Assembly (NCBI RefSeq): GCF_006345805.1
Contig: NW_021835575.1
Span: 1 to 26,230 of the forward strand
DNA from: Octopus sinensis
Taxonomy: Eukaryota
DNA length: 26,230 bases
Direction: 5' to 3'
Of the stretch, positions 20,968 to 26,230 are shown one piece after another. Every line of letters begins with the position of its first letter. Position 1 is the first letter of the stretch. The position numbers and the translations under genes were made by a program. Below the pieces are notes generated by a model that worked only from the letters and a program-made list of their open reading frames with translations, did not search any database and was not told the origin of the DNA.

Positions 20968-21741
20968 ATAATGATAATAATAATAATAATGATGATGATG
21001 ATGATGATGATGATGATAATAATAACAACAACAACAACAATAATATTAATAACAATAATAATAATGATGATGATGATGATGATGATGATGATAATAATAA
21101 TAATAACAACAACAATAATATTAATAATAATAATAATGATGATGATGATGATGATAATAGTAGTAGTAATAATAATAATAATGATGATGATGATGATGAG
21201 GATGATGATGATGATGATGATAATAATAATAACAACAACAACAACAATAATATTAATAATAATAATAATGATGATGATGATGATGATGATGATGATAATA
21301 ATAATAACAACAACAACAACAATAATATTAATAATAATAATAATGATGATGATGATGATGATGATGATGATAATAATAACAACAACAACAACAATAATAT
21401 TAATAACAATAATAATAATGATGATGGTGATGATGAGGATGAGGATGATGATGATGATGATGATAATAATAACAACAACAACAACAATAATATTAATAAC
21501 AATAATAATAATGATGATGATGATGAGGATGATGATGATAATAATAATAATAACAACAACAATAATATTAATAATAATAATAATGATGCTGATGATGATG
21601 ATAATAGTAGTAGTAATAATAATAATAATGATGATGATGATGATGAGGATGATGATGATGATGATGATGATAATAATAACAACAACAACAACAATAATAT
21701 TAATAATAATAATAATGATGATGATGATGATGATGATGATA

Positions 21742-21802
<61 letters not shown>

Positions 21803-21888
21803 TGATGATGATGAGGATGATGATGATGATGATAATAATAATAACAACAACAACAACAACAACAACAATAATATTAATAATAATAATA

Positions 21889-21929
<41 letters not shown>

Positions 21930-21930
21930 A

Positions 21931-21983
<53 letters not shown>

Positions 21984-21992
21984 TATAATAAT
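20968..21992. repeat. 1-kb compound (ATA)/(ATG)/(ACA) array with an internal 447-bp duplication
   Basis: Five landmark interruptions recur at exactly +447. Confidence 0.93.
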
Positions 21993-22165
21993 AACATCAA
22001 CATTTCTCTAAAAGAAATGGAGAAACTTTCAAAATACAAAGACCTGGAAATAGAGGTAACTCGAATGTGGGCGCATTTGGTATAATAAAAAAACATTCAG
22101 ACAAATACATAACAAAATCACCAGGACTTACAAGTATATATAACATACAGAACATAGCACTACAC
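21993..22165 (+). pseudogene. C-terminal fragment of an RLE (restriction-like endonuclease) non-LTR retrotransposon ORF, R4/NeSL-like
   Basis: NISLKEMEKLSKYKDLEIEVTRMW, a frameshifting deletion, then GAFGIIKKHSDKYITKSPGLTSIYNIQNIAL. This fits the KxxKYxxL…W…GALG pattern of RLE domains. Confidence 0.8.
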
Positions 22166-22171
22166 TCTTCA

Positions 22172-22640
22172 ACGTGTATAGGCGCATGCGTAGAGTAGGT
22201 TCATTCGCTTGGAGCAGTTTCGTTGCTCTTCACGCATCTCGGGCAAGTCCGGATTACAGCACTTCCGTGCTTGTAGAGTTTATCCCGAACCGACAATGTC
22301 CCCCAATAGCACTTTCTGGTCAAGGATTTCTGGAAATTATCCATAGGCCCTGGTCCGAAGGTCCTCCGGAACAGACTAGCCAGTTGATATTCATCGACAC
22401 CCAGAGTCTCCCCGAGAACGTCGTCGAACTTGCCCGCCACTAACCCTCTATAAAACTCCAGATTGGAACATCGACTGCGTTGTCCGACCGATTGAGGATC
22501 GTGAGCGCCTGACACCAGTCTAGGTGCTTGATCCAAGACTGCAGCTCAGCCACAGAGACAAGCTGTGAAAAAACGAGTCTTAGAGACGGCGACCACACCT
22601 GCTCATCGCCAACAACGCGCTGGAAACATTGTAGCCTTTA
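22172..22640 (-). pseudogene. L1/Tx1-like LINE ORF2 C-terminal (post-RT, Cys-rich) fragment
   Basis: GDEQVWSP…LVSVAELQSWIK; FYRGLVAGKFDDVLGETLGVDEYQLASLFRRTFGPGPMDNFQKSLTRKCYWGTLSVRDKLYKHGSAVIRTCPRCVKSNET, a CPRC…ET zinc-binding C-terminus typical of L1-clade ORF2. Confidence 0.82.
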
Positions 22641-22896
22641 CCGGGAGTGAGATGTATTCATTTAAAATAACGTCTGTGTATTTTTGAATATTTTAATAAG
22701 TTCTTGTTTGTGTCTGGGGCCATGTTATTAATCATAGCTTGAGAGTGCTGTTCATGTTGGTCTGGATTGCAATGTATTTTTGTTTGTTGAGGTGTTTGTA
22801 ACGTTGGAGAAGTTTGTAATTGCGTTGGTGTAGTAGGGTGTGTGGGTGTGTGGTGGTCTGTCGGTTTCTACGTCTCTTCCTCTAATCTCTTTCACT

Positions 22897-23322
22897 TTAC
22901 TCTTTTACTCGTTTCAGTCATTTGACTGCGCCCATGCTGGAGCACCGCCTTTTGTCGAACAAATCGACCCCAGGACTTATTCTTTGGAAGCCTAGTACTT
23001 TTCCTATCGGTCTCTTTTGCCGAACCGCTAAGTTACAGGGACGTAAACACACCAACATCGGTTTCAAGCGATGGTAGAAGGACAAACACAGACACACAAA
23101 TACATACATACATAACATAAACACACACACACACATGCGCACACACACACATGCACACATACACACACACTCACACACCCACATATACGATGGGCTTCTT
23201 TCAGTTTCCGTCCACGAAATCCACTAACAAGGCTTTGATCAGCCCTAAGCTATAGGAGAAGGCACTTGCCCAAGGTCTGAACCCAGAACCATGTTGTTGG
23301 GACGCAAGCTTCTTGACACGCA
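22897..23322 (-). mobile_element. SINE family C, near full length, with an internal CA microsatellite and (AAAAGAGT)n tail
   Basis: The 5' part matches 8830-8975 in reverse; the body includes TCAGTCATTTGACTG…GCTGGAGCACC. Confidence 0.85.
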
Positions 23323-23580
23323 CCTTTTGTAATTTTTTTCATTTTCTTTTCATCAGAATCCATTCTAGTGAGATTCCGAGACTGTTTTCCTTGTTGGACG
23401 AGTTTTTTTACCGTCTGAAAAATATGTGGCAGAGGGAGAAGTATGTTTGCACAGTCTTGAATTTCTAAGCTGGTGGTTTGGTCGACTGGTGTGGGTAAGG
23501 CTTCTCTCGATTGCGATGGTGTAGGGGATCTTATTGTTTTTGTTTTTCGTGGGCGTGGTACCGATTTTTGCTGCTGATGT

Positions 23581-23968
23581 TGCTGTTGAGCGAAGCCATC
23601 TTCGTCCCAGAGCTCGCAAGATCGCGCCTCTGTAGTGGTAGAAGTCCGAAACGTGGTCCTTTGCTATTTGTAAGACCCGCAGAAGAGAAAGCAGGTCAAC
23701 CCCCGACACCAAAAGCATCGACGGATAGATGAATGCGCATCCAGGCTCAGCGGTTGCGTAGGAAGTCGGGGACAAGAAACAGGAAGAAAGAGTGAGAGAA
23801 AGTTGGGGCGAAATAGTACAACAGGGGTCGCCACCACCCCTGCTGGAGCCTAGTGGAGCTTTAGGTGTTTTCGCTCAATAAACACACACAACGCTCGTTC
23901 TGGGAAACGAAACCGCGATCCTCCGACCGCGAGTCCGGTGCCCAAACCACTGGGCCATTGCGCCTCCA
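23581..23968 (-). mobile_element. SINE family B, tail type 4 ending in CAA/CAG repeats, 13-bp TSD
   Basis: TTGCTGCTGATGT at 23568-23580 and 23970-23982; head identical in type to the other B copies. Confidence 0.92.
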
Positions 23969-24310
23969 CTTGCTGCTGATGTGGAATGGATCTCTCTTGC
24001 TACTCTTTCTGTTAATGCTGTCGTTGTTTTGAATGCTGCTGCTCTTGGTACTGAGGCTGTTGTTGGTGTTGTTGTTGGTACTGCTGCTGTTGTTGTTAAG
24101 GTTTTTCTTTGTTTCGCCAAAGATGCGGCATCTTGGCTTCCTGCTCTCTACTTCTAAAATAACTGTGTTCCATTAGGGAGGTTGATCAGTTCAGGGATGA
24201 CTTCAATGCTACTAGATCGGTGTGTAACCACAATTCCATGCCCATGCTTGACCAACCTTAGCATCCCATTTTGTGGACTTATTTATTTTGTTCTCTACAC
24301 CGTATAATAC

Positions 24311-24647
24311 ATCATCATCATCATTGTTCGACCGTGGTCGAGACAATGGAATTTACCATGCTACGCCAGACTTCACGGTCCATCATGGCATTACGGAGGT
24401 CCTGTTGCTTGATGCCTGTATCCCTGGAGATTACATCAGGGTAGGAGAGTGTGCGCCTTCTGGTATTGCGAGTAAATGGCTTCCAGAGGAGAAGAGTAGA
24501 AATTACCTCTTTTTCAGCTCTACAACAATGTCCAGCAAACTGGACTCTCTTACCTTTCACAAGAGATGACACAGTTGGTAGTTTCCCATATATTTGCATT
24601 TTGGTTGGATGACGCTTCCACGAGAGATTTTGAGCTCTCATAAGGAG
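24311..24647 (-). mobile_element. 5'-truncated RTE-like LINE (ORF end, 3' stem-loop and (TGA)n tail)
   Basis: LLMRAQNLSWKRHPTKMQIYGKLPTVSSLVKGKRVQFAGHCCRA…LLLWKP…RTLSYPDVISRDTG…LRNAMMDREVWRSMV…* followed directly by (TGA)n. xFAGHxxR and MxDRxxWR are typical RTE-clade C-terminal motifs. Confidence 0.88.
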
Positions 24648-25189
24648 ACTGCTACCAGCAAAGAGATGTCCACTTCTGGTAGCTCCTCTGCCACCCTTAT
24701 TTTGACAACTCCTCAACCGAGATATGTCGAAATTAGCCGCAATTCCTCAATTTTGAGAGTTGTCGTTGCATTTTCTTTGGCTAATTCTTAAGTTAAGAAT
24801 TTTACCTCAACTGTGCCAAAGCGTCTCCCACGGTCAAGACCGGTCATAATCATTTTTCGACCTGGGCCTGCGTCACTCGCTCCAGTCTCATCGTCTTAAT
24901 CGAAATACATTTATATAATAATAATGTTTATTTCTCAGTGCGTTCTTGCGCTTCCTCCAGCGTGTTAAAGAAGACTGGTCTGCTATTCCTTGTTATCTTC
25001 AGCTTAATGTCACTCAACACTTTTTCTATTTTCTGACAGGTTTCTTAGAAAAAGAACGGCCGCTGTTGTCGTTCTATCAATGTCTGTGTTTTTGGCGGCG
25101 TTGGTAATGGTGGTGTTGGTGTTGGAATCGGTGGTGGTGGTCGTGCTTGCGTCATTTTAAAATGTATCTTGCTCGACGCTCCTGCTTCT

Positions 25190-25520
<331 letters not shown>

Positions 25521-25769
25521 CGGCTCAAAAACAAAACAAACAGAAGCAATAACAACATCAAAGGACAAGGCCAATAATATTTATTACAATTAATTTGATC
25601 TCGTTAATTATTAGATTAAAATATAAATTACACTTCAATGTGGTTGAGTTTCTAAAATTTATGTACAGAAAACTATTGTTAATACTTAATTAATTGATTA
25701 AATAATTAATTAATTGAAGGAAATAAATATTTTTGCAAAATAAATGCTGCGTGATTCATTAACAATAGT

Positions 25770-25884
25770 CACACACACACACACACACACACACGTGCAC
25801 GCACACACACGCATACACGCACACACAGACACACACATACAGACACACACATATAGGCACAGTCACACACATATATATACATGC

Positions 25885-25972
<88 letters not shown>

Positions 25973-26200
25973 CTTGGAAATAGATATGTATAATAAATGG
26001 ATATATATACATATATATATATATATACATATATATGTATATACTATATATATACATATATATATGTATATATAATATATATATATATATATATATCTAT
26101 AAATATATATATATATGTATATATATATATGTATATATTATATACATACACACACACACACATACTATATATATATATATACATACACACTTTCCCATAC
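25770..26200. repeat. (CA)n/(TA)n microsatellite cluster
   Basis: Read directly. Confidence 0.97.
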
Positions 26201-26230
26201 ATATATGATTAAACGTTAACGTAACGTGAT

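Larger units (their letters stand above)
22641..25150 (-). mobile_element. Decayed ORF1 region of the same L1/Tx1-like LINE, in pieces 22641-22895, 23325-23580, 23970-24310 and 24648-25150
   Basis: Frameshifted motifs NTLEEAQE…, RGRRFGTVEVKF…STYLG*GVVKIRV, WSSMGMELWL, IPELINLPNGNTVILEVESRKPRC. It is collinear with the ORF2 fragment. The ORF1 assignment rests on recalled similarity, not a search. Confidence 0.6.

Noticed and set aside
19780-22011. Long ORFs encoding poly-H/D/I/M/L/S proteins (up to 346 aa), including an N/D-rich frame running into the RLE fragment
   Set aside because: Triplet microsatellites give stop-free frames automatically. There is no plausible start or splice context, and similar ORFs are open on both strands.
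23365-23775. 136-aa ORF
   Set aside because: It spans a SINE B tail, its TSD and the host LINE remnant, so it is an accidental read-through.
24321-24716. 131-aa ORF as an intact gene
   Set aside because: It is a chimera: out-of-frame Tx1-like sequence fused at 24647/24648 to a truncated RTE C-terminus.

Overview
AT-rich eukaryotic DNA packed with microsatellites and retroelements, most likely octopus (coleoid cephalopod). The organism is inferred from the SINE families and repeat style, not proven. No host protein-coding gene could be identified with confidence; nearly all ORFs in the track are microsatellite or transposon artefacts. Contents: about 11 copies or fragments of tRNA-derived SINE 'A' (monomers, dimers and a trimer of an internal ~183-bp unit), four copies of SINE 'B' that share one head but carry four different 3' tails, two copies of SINE 'C', and one old SINE 'D'. 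There is also an internally deleted mariner, an RLE-type LINE fragment, and a decayed L1/Tx1-like LINE (22172-25150, minus) interrupted by a 5'-truncated RTE-like LINE and two SINEs. The top finding is a fully foldable minimal type I hammerhead ribozyme (7482-7532, minus) with a compensatory G3-C8 core swap and a palindromic stem III, inside a ~210-bp insertion in the mariner 3' end. Other notable points are an 86-bp target-site duplication and a frame-preserving 48-bp (16-codon) repeat array.
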